This document shows, piece after piece, positions 1 through 13,892 of a stretch of DNA of 64,000 bases. The DNA is from Chrysomallon squamiferum. Its lineage: Eukaryota > Animalia > Mollusca. The position numbers and the translations under genes were made by a program. Positions within the stretch are counted from its first letter, which is position 1, and every line of letters starts with the position of its first letter. The notes beneath the pieces are model-generated. The model was given only the letters and a program-made list of their open reading frames with translations, did not search any database and was not told where the DNA came from. Where the stretch lies: contig CM022671.1 in the NCBI GenBank assembly GCA_012295275.1, forward strand, positions 36,022,001 to 36,086,000, written 5' to 3'.

Positions 1-82
1 CTCGAGTAGTGATACTGGGAAACAAACAACATGCGACTTAATTAATACAACAATTTATATAAACAATATATAAACAATAAAA

Positions 83-121
<39 letters not shown>

Positions 122-221
122 CAAAACAAAACAGCAACAACAACAAAAATAAAATAAAATACGTCTAACAAACCTAAAAGGAAAACAGTGTTGTTATAAT
201 GAAAATGAAACTGAAACATTA

Positions 222-296
<75 letters not shown>

Positions 297-947
297 TGTT
301 AAATGCTATTAAACACATCGTATCAGTTTTCAGTAATTATGATCTGTTTCACTAATGTAAAAAACTCAAACTCATTATCACGTACAAAAAACAGCAGAAA
401 GAAAAATAAAAACGTTGACACTTTCTTAGGTAACAGCTGCAGTTTCTCTCAGTCAGCAAATGAAAGAAAACATCACTCGTTTTTTTTTTTTTTTTTTTTT
501 TTTTAACTTACTAAGACGTTACTACAATTCTGTATTCGAAATTCCGATCAAGGAATGAGAGCACCGCAGACAAGAGATCATGGCATAATTTATTATTAGC
601 ACTGAATTCAGTTAATAAAAGTTTACTTGGTAAATTTTCAAAGTTCATGACGTGTGAACATCAGCAGTGCACAGTTCCTTATATTTTACTTATATTTATT
701 CGCTGTTTACTTTCTAAACAAAGCGTGATCCGAAGATCGCCTGCCAGATGAAATATTATGCGCAATTAATCTTGGTTATTGGCTTTATGTAACACCTCTG
801 GCGCCTGAAATCAATACAGTTGTATATATAAAAAATAGATAGAACTTTCGGCGGCAAAAGGCTAAATCAGATTAACAGTCTGAGTTCTGTATCTTACAGA
901 CAGTTGATAGTGCAGGAAAAGAATTTTTACCATCGGATTTGCCTATC

Positions 948-1035
<88 letters not shown>

Positions 1036-1793
1036 AGATAGATAGATAGAGAGACAGAGAGAGAGAGAAAAATCTAGTAGACAAATAAACAAACAAACAA
1101 ATAAATAAACAAACAATTATATAAATAAATAAATAAATAAGTAAAGGGATTTGGTCACTTCTAAAACGAATAAGTAAACCTGATCTAATTTTCATTATCA
1201 CTTATTTGACTTAACACGTAAAAGAATGCAGTTAGGGGGAATTTACTCTGAAACCGTTTAGTAATTGCCAGTGACATTTCAGTGACTGCCTGACGCCAAA
1301 GTGATTAAATGTCAACCAGCAGATATCGACTCGTCCCACCCACTCCTCTGTCCACCGCTGTCCGAAATGTGGACGCAGAAAAAAGAGTTTTGATTAATTT
1401 TGATGATTTCAGTCGCGTAAAAGTGGGAGAGATGATTGTTTCAAATGGTTTAACATTTCTTGTCTGAGATTTGTGTTAAAAACATTTCACGTTCGTTCAC
1501 AGCCGATTCAGTCAGATTGTTAAACATCAATACATACATGATTTCTAGAACAACGTCAATTTCTTCATAATGGATCAAACTGTTGAAACAGAGTCTGGCT
1601 GTGTGATAACATCAACTGTCAAGTTTAGACTAGTGTTGAAATCACAGGCTGTGGGTGCATGGTTCGTGTCATGACAGTAACTTAAACCATACTGACATGT
1701 AGAAGCAAAGCAGTTTTCAATGATTTAAGCATGAATATACATACATACATACATACATACATACATACATACATACATACATACATACATACA

Positions 1794-1841
<48 letters not shown>

Positions 1842-2695
1842 ATTTAAAATTCTGAAAAATAATAATTAAAATAGTCTATTACCGTGATAGATATTTTGGA
1901 AACATGAAATTTACTTTGTGTATCTGAGTGATCTCAAGCCATGGTTCTTTTCACCAGTGAACTTTGACAGGTCACACGAAACGATATCGTCTGACTCAAA
2001 AATATATTTTTACTAACTGCATTGATGCACTATTAGAATTATTCATTGGTGATTAACGTAAAAGTTTTACTTTTCTGAAACACGACAGACTTTTTTTTTT
2101 TGTCTTTCATGTTTCGCGTTTTTCCGTGATATTTTACCATTACCCTGACAGTGAATTATTAATTTGTGCTTGAGTATCTCATTAAACTTTGATACGTTTG
2201 TATGATACCTTTATAAAAACTTCCAAATCATTTTATAGCAGTCGTCATTAAACACTGCTGTCTTTTCATTGTTTGTTGCTGAAAACTAAGAGATATAAAA
2301 CTTTCATACGTTAATCCCAGAGAATATAAAAATTATGTAATATGCTGGTTACAGAATATTAATACCACTTTGTTGTACTATGCCTGGCTTATAGTGATCT
2401 GCAGCAAACAAACGTACGTATACGTAATTTACTATGAATTAACAAACAGCCAAAATAGTTATAGTTTTATGTTACGTTTTAAGCTTAAAGTTATTTTAGA
2501 TTTAGTCAGATTGTGTGTGTGTGTGTGGGGGTTGTCACACACACACACACACACAGGTTGTTGTCAGGGCTGATTCTAGGGTATTTTAATATCAAAATCC
2601 TAGCTGACGGCCGTGGAAATTTCCTTTGTCAGTTCTTTTATATAGTTTGATCAATAACATTACGAAAAAATAATCAGATTTTCAACAGCTGGATA

Positions 2696-2940
2696 GCATG
2701 TGGCAACCTCTAACATGTAGCGCCCTCTAGCATGTAATGCCCTCTAGCATGTAATGCCCTCTAACATGTAGCGCCCTCAAGCATGTAACGCCCTCTAGCA
2801 TGTAATGCCCTCTAACATGTAACGCCCTCTAGCATGTAGCGCCCTCAAGCATGTAACGCCCTCTAGCATGTAATGCCCTCTAACATGTAGCGCCCTCAAG
2901 CATGTAACGCCCTCTAGCATGTGGCGCCCTCTAGCATGTA
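2696..2940. repeat. 17-bp minisatellite (CGCCCTCTAGCATGTAA variants), ~14 copies
   Basis: Directly visible tandem units. Confidence 0.95.
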
Positions 2941-3238
2941 GTTCGAGTTGCCCGTACTTTCAGTCGACCCTGGTTTTGTAACGTCTGCATAAATATATCG
3001 GTTGCGTCACTTGGGAGAAATAATTTAACAAAACCAAATTACAACTTAATTTCAGTTGTTCAATAAATAAAATGATAAAACACGGAAGTGTACAAACATT
3101 AAAATTCAAAACAAAGCAGCGCAGCGAAATAATCAGAAAATACAATCATAAAAAGTAGTTTTTATTTTTTACACACACACACACACACGTTTCTAATGAA
3201 GTGATGTGCTGTGTTTGTTGAATAAAATAATATGGAAC

Positions 3239-3344
<106 letters not shown>

Positions 3345-3572
3345 TTATATCATGTTTATAAATAACATCATACCTACAAAACTGTGTGTTTTCTTTATCA
3401 GTGTAATCATACACCTATTTCTGTTTAATAATATTATGTGTATTAACTGTCAGAGAAAAACATCTGTGTTTACTTCGTGTTATTGATTCTTGTCAGATCT
3501 GCGTGTTGATAGAAACTCACTGTACTCTACTCGCTTATTTCAACCTGTTTTCCCGTTCACGCATAACTCGTT

Positions 3573-3632
3573 CAGAGGCGGACACTGGATTTTTTGCAAC
3601 TGTGAAACTTAGTACATAAAACTCCGCCTCTG
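3573..3632. mobile_element. 60-bp mini element with perfect 10-bp terminal inverted repeats (CAGAGGCGGA...TCCGCCTCTG)
   Basis: Inverted repeats at 3573-3582 and 3623-3632; CAG termini; no clear target-site duplication. Confidence 0.4.
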
Positions 3633-4045
3633 TGATGTCAATAAAAAAAAAAGTTACCTGGTCGTCTGGTGAACAAAACTACGCAGACGTACATACAGCA
3701 CGTGAAAGATAAAACAGAAAAATTGTTTCTTGATGTACAAACAGACGCGATGAGCTGCTCGTGTTTTTCCGCTGCTCTAACTGAGCGAGAGAAAAACAAG
3801 TTTTAATTACATTAATGTAGTGTGTGACACGAGGCAGCACTGGTTAGCGATTGTTTCATTCTCTGACGTAACGTTCCCGCAGGCTGCAAACTCGCTGATA
3901 CCAATCATTGCTCTTTTCGGTCTCTGACGGTGTTGCGGCTGTCCGCGGTGATCGTGCGTTTATTTTTGAGAAAAATGTAAATTTATTTAAATGCGCTGAA
4001 ACAGATGGGAACGACGTGATGATGAATGCGTGGAGGGGGTGGGAA

Positions 4046-4105
4046 AAAGGGCGAGGCGAGGTGAGAGAGACAAAGATGAATGAAATAAGAATGTATTCAG
4101 TATAG

Positions 4106-4137
<32 letters not shown>

Positions 4138-4494
4138 TTGTCAGCAGATGTTTGAATTAACAAATTTGCAAATAAACGAACGAATGAACAGTGGTTTGAT
4201 GATACGTCAATACATCTAATTAACATATTGTTTTATAAACGCTATTAAAACAAAAATTAGGTAATACAGAAAAGGGCGAGGTGAGGTGAGAGAGACAAAG
4301 ATGAATGAAATAAGAATGTATTCAGTATAGTTGTTTTATATATATATATATTTTTTTTTTTGTCAGCAGATGTTTGAATTAACAAATTTGCAAATAAACG
4401 AACGAATGAACAGTGGTTTGATGATACGTCAATACATCTAATTAACATATTGTTTTATAAACGTTATTAAAACAAAAATTAGGTAATACAGAAA
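4046..4494. repeat. Tandem duplication of ~223 bp (2 copies)
   Basis: Near-identical blocks ~4046-4270 and ~4270-4494; they also give the two near-identical minus-strand ORFs. Confidence 0.93.
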
Positions 4495-4577
4495 ACTGAT
4501 AAACATAAATTGAATTCACCTTCCCGATCATTAACAAGTATTATTATTTTATTTACTCAGACAGACAGATAAAAAAA

Positions 4578-4729
<152 letters not shown>

Positions 4730-5427
4730 ACTTTTTAATAAACATCACAGAACTATCATGAATTTTGATATGTATACACAGGGCACGATCTGAAATGGGA
4801 AATAGATAAAAAAAAAAATAAAAAAAAAAAAAAAACTAATAAAAAAAAAAAAACGCCCTGAAGAGAACTGATCCCATAACCAACCGTTCAGCGGGTCAAA
4901 CAGAGAATTCGTCTCCTGATACACGACAGGCGTGCACTGGCCGGGCGGCAGGTCACGTGACCCATTGTTATTGTGATGGCCGCGCGAAGCCCGGCTGACT
5001 CGCTTTCAGAACCGTTGCCGTTACTGTATTTTTAATCACACATCACCACCCTAAAGGCAAATATTAGACCTCATTTGTCAAAATTACTGCACCACTGAGC
5101 TCCCACAAAGGTTTGCTGGATCGATCGATCGTAAGCATTTAAATAATTAACACAGTACCAGGGGATTCGCGCTGGAATGCGGCTTCGACTCGGCGAACGA
5201 GTAACGTTAGCTCGCAGTCTCTGGTGCAGTGTCGGCACGTAACGGGGATTAATAAGCACCATGTGAATTGCGATAACAAACACAGTAACCACACATCTAG
5301 GTCGATAGCTTTTTTTTATTATTATTTACTTATTGTTCTTATTAATTTTGTTTTGTATTATATTTATTTATTTATTTATTTATTATTATTAATATTATTG
5401 CTATTAGAATTATTTTTGTTGTCATCA

Positions 5428-5474
<47 letters not shown>

Positions 5475-5672
5475 AGTTTATCTTATTATGAGGATTTATC
5501 TCCGTTGGTTAAGAATCGAACTCTATAAATTCTCAAAAACATTTTTACCTGATTAGTTATAAAAATACCAAATAAAACAATACTTTCATTCTGTAGATTT
5601 TCTAAAGCATTAAACCCTTTCGTGTTAACGTGAATACTTGTTTATATACATTCCCACCAGTGTTTTAGAAAT

Positions 5673-5753
<81 letters not shown>

Positions 5754-6195
5754 CACATATTTACTCTCTCTTTCTTTAAACATAAAACGTACAGTTTTGA
5801 CTAAACGCTTTTGGACGTTTTCTTTAAGGACGTATTTCTGCGATGCGTGTTTTGAACTGATAATTTATGTCATTATTTACAGCACGCGCGTCCCTCGTGT
5901 CCCCACATCAACAAACCCAAGTCAGCTCAGTTTCAGTTGAAAACTGTAAACTGATTAAACAACACATTAAATTTGTCAGCACGTTTAACACATAACGAAC
6001 AAAAGAGGACAAAAAAATAAAAATAAATGCTGGTAATTCAGAAATAAAAACATGCACAAATAAGTGACTGATTATTTTTTGGTGTTATTAAAATAATTCT
6101 GCACGCAGATGTGGTTTCATCTTGTATAAACAAAATAATGATATGAAACTGCGACTTCACACGCGATCACCTCATTTTTGGAACTAAATGGCGAC

Positions 6196-6283
<88 letters not shown>

Positions 6284-6574
6284 AACGTTTAAACATGAGT
6301 AAACATTATGTTTGCTAATGTATCCACAATAAAGATTAATCTAGTATTACTTTAAATATTAAACAGACTTAATGATATCAATTACCATTAACGATTTCTG
6401 GAAATCCACGGAAATACGGCTAGCCGGAACTGCTACATTACCTGGCTTGTTTTCTCCGACTCGGTGAAGATTGATATTTTCATTTAAATAAACATTCAAT
6501 TCAGCTACTTACAAGCTGTCCCCAAGTGTTACTTTACCGCATTACTGTTTATTAAAAGAATCATATTTCAGCTA

Positions 6575-6615
<41 letters not shown>

Positions 6616-7194
6616 CAACAATAATCATAATAATAGTAATATATATACGAAAAAAAAACAACATTTTTTACATTATATAAATAAGTTAAATAAATATGCA
6701 AAATGGCTCTCTCTTCCTGTGTTTGAACTGAACCGTGTGCATCAAATAATATTACAGTAATGTAACTTTATAATATAAATAATACTGTTTTGATGATAGC
6801 AAGTACTGAACATACATTTATTGTTGTCTTCAAATCAGTCACATTATAATAGTCACATAATTTTTAATCTGTGTGTAGCTACGGAGTATTCAAGTATCTA
6901 AAATTGTAATGAACACACAATATTTAGAAAACTGATTTGTCACTTCAAGCCAGTGTCAGTGTTAGTGTTAGTGTGTTAGTTACGAAAAAAGATGTTACGT
7001 CAGCGGCCTAACAGTTCCCCAATTAAATATAGCAGAAGGTTATCCATATACATACGGTCTTAAGTGACGTGATGTAAGCAATAACGTAAATTAATTATCT
7101 ACATTCTGTTATTATGTAATATTTGTTAAAGGATTATTATAAATGTTTTATTAACGTTTTATATATGTGTGTATATATGTATGTATGTATGTAT

Positions 7195-7227
<33 letters not shown>

Positions 7228-7411
7228 AACACACACACATATATATATATGATGTAATATGTGTTAAATTGCATATAAATATAATTAATTGCATTCTGGT
7301 GTAAATTATTCTTATTATATCAAAACACTTTAAAAAAAAAAATTAAAAAATTAAAATTCTGAAACCAAACAACATTACATCCAGCATCTAGCGAATCCAA
7401 CCTTTCTTTAG

Positions 7412-8320
7412 CTATATACCGATAAAATATCATATTGATGAAACAATATACCGATAAAATGCCATATTTATGACATAATATACGATAAAGTGACATATTG
7501 ATGAAATGATATATTGATAAAGTGACATATTGATGAAACAATATACCGATAAAATGCCATATTTATGACATAATATACGATAAAGTGACATATTGATGAA
7601 ATGATATATTGATAAAGTGACATATTGATGAAACAATATACCGATAAAATGCCATATTTATGACATAATATACGATAAAGTGACGTATTGATGAAATGAT
7701 ATATTGATAAAGTGACATATTGATGAAACAATATACCGATAAAATGCCATATTTATGACATAATATATGATAAAGTGACATATTGATGAAATGATGTATT
7801 GATAAAGTGACATATTGATGAAACAATGTATTGATAAAGTGACATATTGATGAAATAATATATTGATAAAGTGATATATTGATGAAATGATGTATTGATA
7901 AAGTGACATATTGATGAAATGATATATTGATAAAGTGACATATTGATGAAATAATATATTGATAAAGTGACATATTGATGAAACAATATACCGATAAAAT
8001 GCCATATTTATGACATAATATACGATAAAGTGACATATTGATGAAATGATGTATTGATAAAGTGACATATTGATGAAACAATGTATTGATAAAGTGACAT
8101 ATTGATGAAACAATATATTGATAAAGTGATATATTGATGAAATGATGTATTGATAAAGTGACATATTGATGAAATGATGTATTGATAAAGTGACATATTG
8201 ATGAAATGATGTATTGATAAAGTGACATATTGATGAAACAATATATTGATAAAGTGATATATTGATGAAATGATGTATTGATAAAGTGACATATTGATGA
8301 AATGATAAACTGATGAAAGT
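7412..8320. repeat. AT-rich satellite: ~16-bp monomer, 32-bp dimer and 95-bp higher-order unit
   Basis: ATTGATAAAGTGACAT and ATTGATGAAATGATGT monomers; marker CCGATAAAATGCC recurs at 7451, 7546, 7641, 7736 and 7991. Confidence 0.95.
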
Positions 8321-9421
8321 GCATGTTAAGTGCAGCGAGTGTACAGCTACATTAACATAAATATTAGTGGTTACATGTGCCCTAAAGGAATTAATTAAAT
8401 TTTAAACATAATTTGATTTTACGTAACTTGCAAACACACATGCATATTAAAACATACACGCAACTGCAGATACCTACATACACAAACACATTCACAAACA
8501 TATACATATACACACATAGACAAACACACACACATACACGAACACAGTCACATTACCAAACACATACACAAACATACACAAATACATACATATACAAAAA
8601 CACATACACACACATACACAACTCATACAAAAACATATACACAAATACGTACACATACACATACAAAAGCACATACACACAGTTAAGATAAATACGTGTC
8701 CTGCAGAATTTATTTTCTCGTCGAAATTTTTTGAGTATTCAAATTTCAGTGTAAGGATGAAATTCAGTTTGTCTAATTTTAAACAAATAAACAAAATAAT
8801 AAACAAACTAAACAAAACAAAACAAATAAACGCGTTCATAAGAATATTGAAAGATCAGCTATTAATAAGAAAAAAACCTCGTTGTTTCAGCGTAACTGTT
8901 CTTATAAAATATTAACTGACTATTGGCTGGCAGTCGTAATGGTATTACACATTGATTACATTTCTAATACTTGAAACCAGATATGATAATAAGCTGGTTG
9001 TAACGATGACGATAACAACAACAACAACAACAACAACAGTAATAAATAAATAAATAATACAAAGTTAATACGGAATTTATCATTAATCATCTTCTTTTTT
9101 TTTTTCTTTTGTTAAGTTTTCGCCAAACTTCGTTTTTTTACGGTATAAACAATTGTATGACGTCATTAGCTACATTAAGCTGTGTTAGCTAATGAAACAA
9201 TCGCTGCAAGGTAACTAATTTAAATTTATATTTTCAAACAAACAGTCTTTTCGGTGAATGTAAAATAGATAATTTTTGTTAGCATGTAAATATGTATGTA
9301 ACTGAAAAAGATAAAACAATATGAAACGTGCATAAAATACAGAATTAACTTTATCAACAATAATAATATTATTAACGACAGTAACAACAGTAGCAACAAT
9401 AACAACAACAACAACAGTAGT

Positions 9422-9479
<58 letters not shown>

Positions 9480-11269
9480 ATTAAAAAGTAAAGCTAATAA
9501 AGAAATATTTACTCGTATCACAGAAAGATAAAAGATCAATATTAGTAATTTCATCATTTTCTGTAATCAGCTGTTATAAAATAATCAAATATCAATATTT
9601 ACGAGGTTTCAATATTGACAATTAACCGCTGCTAATCGATATAAAAAAGAAAAGAAAAAAGAAATCTGGTGTATGAAAAGTAAGCGATGCGAAGTCCTCT
9701 CTGATGTGATTTGACGCTAGGTTAGATCCTTTATTCACCTCATATCTACGTTTTTATGTCTTTAATTTTTTTGTGTATTAAATGTAATAAAAAGCGAAAA
9801 TCGATGTCAAGCGAGTTCAGCGTATCGACAGTCAGGAGAAAAAAAAAATAGTTTGAAATTATTTTACGTAAATTCACAAGTGATCGATTGTAAAATAGTA
9901 AATTTAGTGTACAAAAAAAAAAAAAATAATAATAATAATTCATTAGAGTGTATTCAGTCAAAGTTATCATTCAGTTTAAATGCACGCTAAAATTTTATTT
10001 ATGAAGATAAATGCACGATCAAAAATTTTTTTTTTATTAGGATTTATTTGATCAGATTAATCTTTATAACGATATATATATATATATATATGATAAAAAT
10101 ATTTTTGTAAAGATTTATACCATAATAATTTTATCTTGTATTTATTTTAAAAAAAAAAAAAATTTTTTTTTATACTTATTGCAACCGGATATCTGTTTAG
10201 ATAATTTTTATATAATTTATACATAATGAATTTAAATATATAGATTTAAACACAGAACGCTGTTACTATAAATATATACACGACAGAATATGTTTATGTG
10301 TCAATAAAACCGATTACAAATCAGGAAAATTTAATTTTTAATTGATCTTTCTTATAGAAAGTAAAACACTAATCTGCCAGTGAGGGTCATTGGCTGGAAC
10401 GGGAAATAATTAAAAGAGGGCAGTAAGCAGAGTTGATGACGTGAACCATTGTACGCGAAAGATTTCTCAGCATAATCTGTTGTAATATCATATTTTAAAA
10501 AACTGAAAATAAAAAAAACGAATAAAAAAAACCCATTGCTGTTGTAAGTTAAAGACAAGAAGTTACAAAGCCTCAGAGTAATTTTGTGTTTGTCATTTAT
10601 TTCAAATGTCACTGTATTTTAAAAACTCTTTTATAAAAGCCGTGAAATCAGATTTCATTTCTGATTCCAGAAGCCACTGGGAATACTTTTATTTCAAATA
10701 CTGACAAAAGAAAAAAAAAAGTAATAAAAGAATTCACTTAAAAACCCCAAAGCAGGAAAAAAAAAAAATAAAAAAAAAAAAAAAAAAAGATTTTATTTAA
10801 CCTTCTGTTTACTAGAACCAGTTGAAAATGAAGTAAAATTATTTCCTCTTGTTTGTTTTGTGTTTAAAGACATCAGTAAACAAAGAAACCCTATTAACAC
10901 TGCATGTAAACAGTTGACGAGGGGGGTTAGCAAAACAGAGGTTTCAGAATGTGTGTCGCTCCAGTGTTGTTACATCATGGATTGTATCAGCGAAATAAAA
11001 ACAACTCTGAATCACAAAGAAATGTTTTAAAATTCACACGCACAGACACACATAGACATTTATACACAACCACATGCAAATACACATACATACATACGTA
11101 CGTGCACACATATATACACATAAATACATATAAAAATATATCTGTGTGTATAAATATATATATACTCACTCAAGCATACACACATAGACAAATGCACTCA
11201 CCATCTAAATATGACTGTCGTATTAATAACTTTCTTACTCTGTGAATCTACACTGTACCGCGTAGTGTC

Positions 11270-11415
11270 AAAAATACGCTATGTACTAAATACAGACTTG
11301 TATCAAATATACGTTATGTACTAAATACAGACTTGTATCAAATATACGTTATGTACTAAATACAGACTTGTATCAAAAATACGTTATGTACTAAATACAG
11401 ACATGTATCAAATAT
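11270..11415. repeat. 35-bp minisatellite, 4 copies
   Basis: ATGTACTAAATACAGACTTGTATCAAATATACGTT at 11281, 11316, 11351, 11386. Confidence 0.93.
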
Positions 11416-11795
11416 AAATATAAAACTAAACAAGTCTCATGTATTAAACCATACAGAAAATATAACTTAACTTTATACAACATAACTGCTATCCTGTGAG
11501 CAGAACAAAATAAGGTGAACACATTGATATCTCTGTCTTACTGTACGTATGTGTTCTATTGCATGTCTTTCATATATGTCTGTATGTTAGTCCGTCTGTT
11601 TAAAATGCAAAATGTCTGTCTGTCTGTCTGTCTGTTCGTAAATTGTATATTATCACGAACTGATAAAAAGCCAACAGTTTTCTTTAAAAGTATGGTCATT
11701 AAAGACTTCGTTTTAAAAACTTTGATTCATTGATTGTTTTTGATTTTGATTGATTTATTTATTTACATATTTACTCATTTATTTATTTATTTGAT

Positions 11796-11838
<43 letters not shown>

Positions 11839-11979
11839 CTCATTTATTTTATTTTGTTTGTTCCTCACCAATACCTGACTTAATATTGTTTCTTTAAAGC
11901 ACAGATGTATAAAATAACATTTTTAGCTTTTCTCTTTGGTTCTGCTGGGATATTTTCAATGTGTAATAACTACAAATAC

Positions 11980-12031
<52 letters not shown>

Positions 12032-12223
12032 CTGCTATTGTTTTCCGGATGTTTACTGGTTTTTGTTTCAGAAACGAATAAATAAATACTGACCAGCCGT
12101 CACTGCATTAATAACAGCAGCAGATACAATTACTCGTGAAGACAAAATGATACGAATCTAGCAACACAAGCGAATACTGACACTAATTAATTGTTTGTTG
12201 TTTTTACTAGCCAGAAGCTTTTT

Positions 12224-12287
<64 letters not shown>

Positions 12288-13833
12288 ATCTGTTTATATA
12301 TATATATATACATATATAATCTGTCTATATATACATGTATGTATGTGTGTACGCGTGTCGTTTTATCATCTTTAATATAAAATTATTATTATTATTATTA
12401 CTACTATTATTATTATTTCTATTATTATTATTATTATTATTATTATTTCTATTATTATTTCTATTATTATTAAATATTATTAAATATTGAGATATCGCCA
12501 TTGATTATGATGAAAATAGCTAACTTATTTTCATTAACACGGTATTCATGGAACTGCAGCAGCTGTCGTGTAAGCCATCGCGCACGTGGCGCACCGGATA
12601 TAGGTTTTTGTTTCTTAATCCCTCCAAGTTTCAGTAGAGCATCTCGTCAACAGCTTATGTATTGACACGTCGCCGTAGTCGTGGCAACGCTGACTAGCAG
12701 CATTATGTGTAAACAAAGAGAAAAACAACTGGCAATATTTCACCTGAATAATATATTTTGCATAGACAATGAAGGTTGTAAGACACAAGGAAAAGTGACA
12801 TTTTGTTTTTGAAAAGAATTAAAACAAGTAATAAAACGAAAACAAACCTGTAAGATGAGATAAAAATCCATAATTTCATAATGGAAACACGTAACGAATG
12901 TAAACAAGAATTCTGGAAAACCAGGACAAACGTACGTTGAGTAGTTCTAAGAAACCAGGAGCAAAACATTTCCACTGATGTTGAATCCAATGGCGTTTTT
13001 TTTTTTTTTCTTCTTCTTTTTTAAAAAAAAAAAAAAAAACCAAAAAAACCTGCAGCATGCTGATTTTAAAACCAGGAAAATTTATCCTGAGTTTCTAAAC
13101 ACAATAAACTTCCTCTGCTAAAAATCCAAATTTTAATTTGATAAAGTTTTCAACTGCAAATGGCTCCTGAAAACCAGGACAATAATAAAATCAGTGGTTT
13201 TAAAATTTTACTGTTTTGACTGCTCCTTGTTGTTGAAAAGTATTCAGAAGTTTCTAGAAAACAGAAACAACGAACTCCTCCTTCTAAAAATCCGAAATCT
13301 AGTTTGTAAATCCAAATTGTTTTTCGATGTAACGAAGATCGCATACTCGATAAGAAAAAAAAAGAAGGAAAAGAACAAAAAATATTCCAAAATTGAAGAA
13401 TAAAGAAGAAGAACCCGCGAAGCATGGAAATCCGCGTGTTTCCAGTCAGTGTTAGAAATACTGTAGAAAAACTGGAAGAAAAACATCCTAGCTAGGCACA
13501 GGATGCGAAAATCTAGTAACGTGACAAAGTATTTTGCTCCGTTCTAAATATACAAGATAAAATTTATGAGTAAAAAATATTTTTGATATTATTTATTAGT
13601 CTATCACTAGTGTATGAAATTAAAATAATTTAAAATCTTAGGAAACTTGTAGAAATTTGAAAGACAAAAACGTGTGTGTGTGTGTGTGAAAGAGTTAAAT
13701 CAAATAGAAATGTGACACATCTATATTAAACTGGATTAAAAAGGTGTGTGAAAGACAAATTGTTAAAACATTATTATTAAAAATTGTGTGTTGATCAAAC
13801 ATAGTCGTATCAGAGTTAAGTGTTAATAAAAAG

Positions 13834-13866
<33 letters not shown>

Positions 13867-13892
13867 TCAAACATAATTTTTAAATGTTTCGG

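Noticed and set aside
7320-8324. ORFs up to 253 aa with periodic HFIN/YQY motifs
   Set aside because: Translations of the 16/32/95-bp satellite, open in several frames at once; no splice or domain support.
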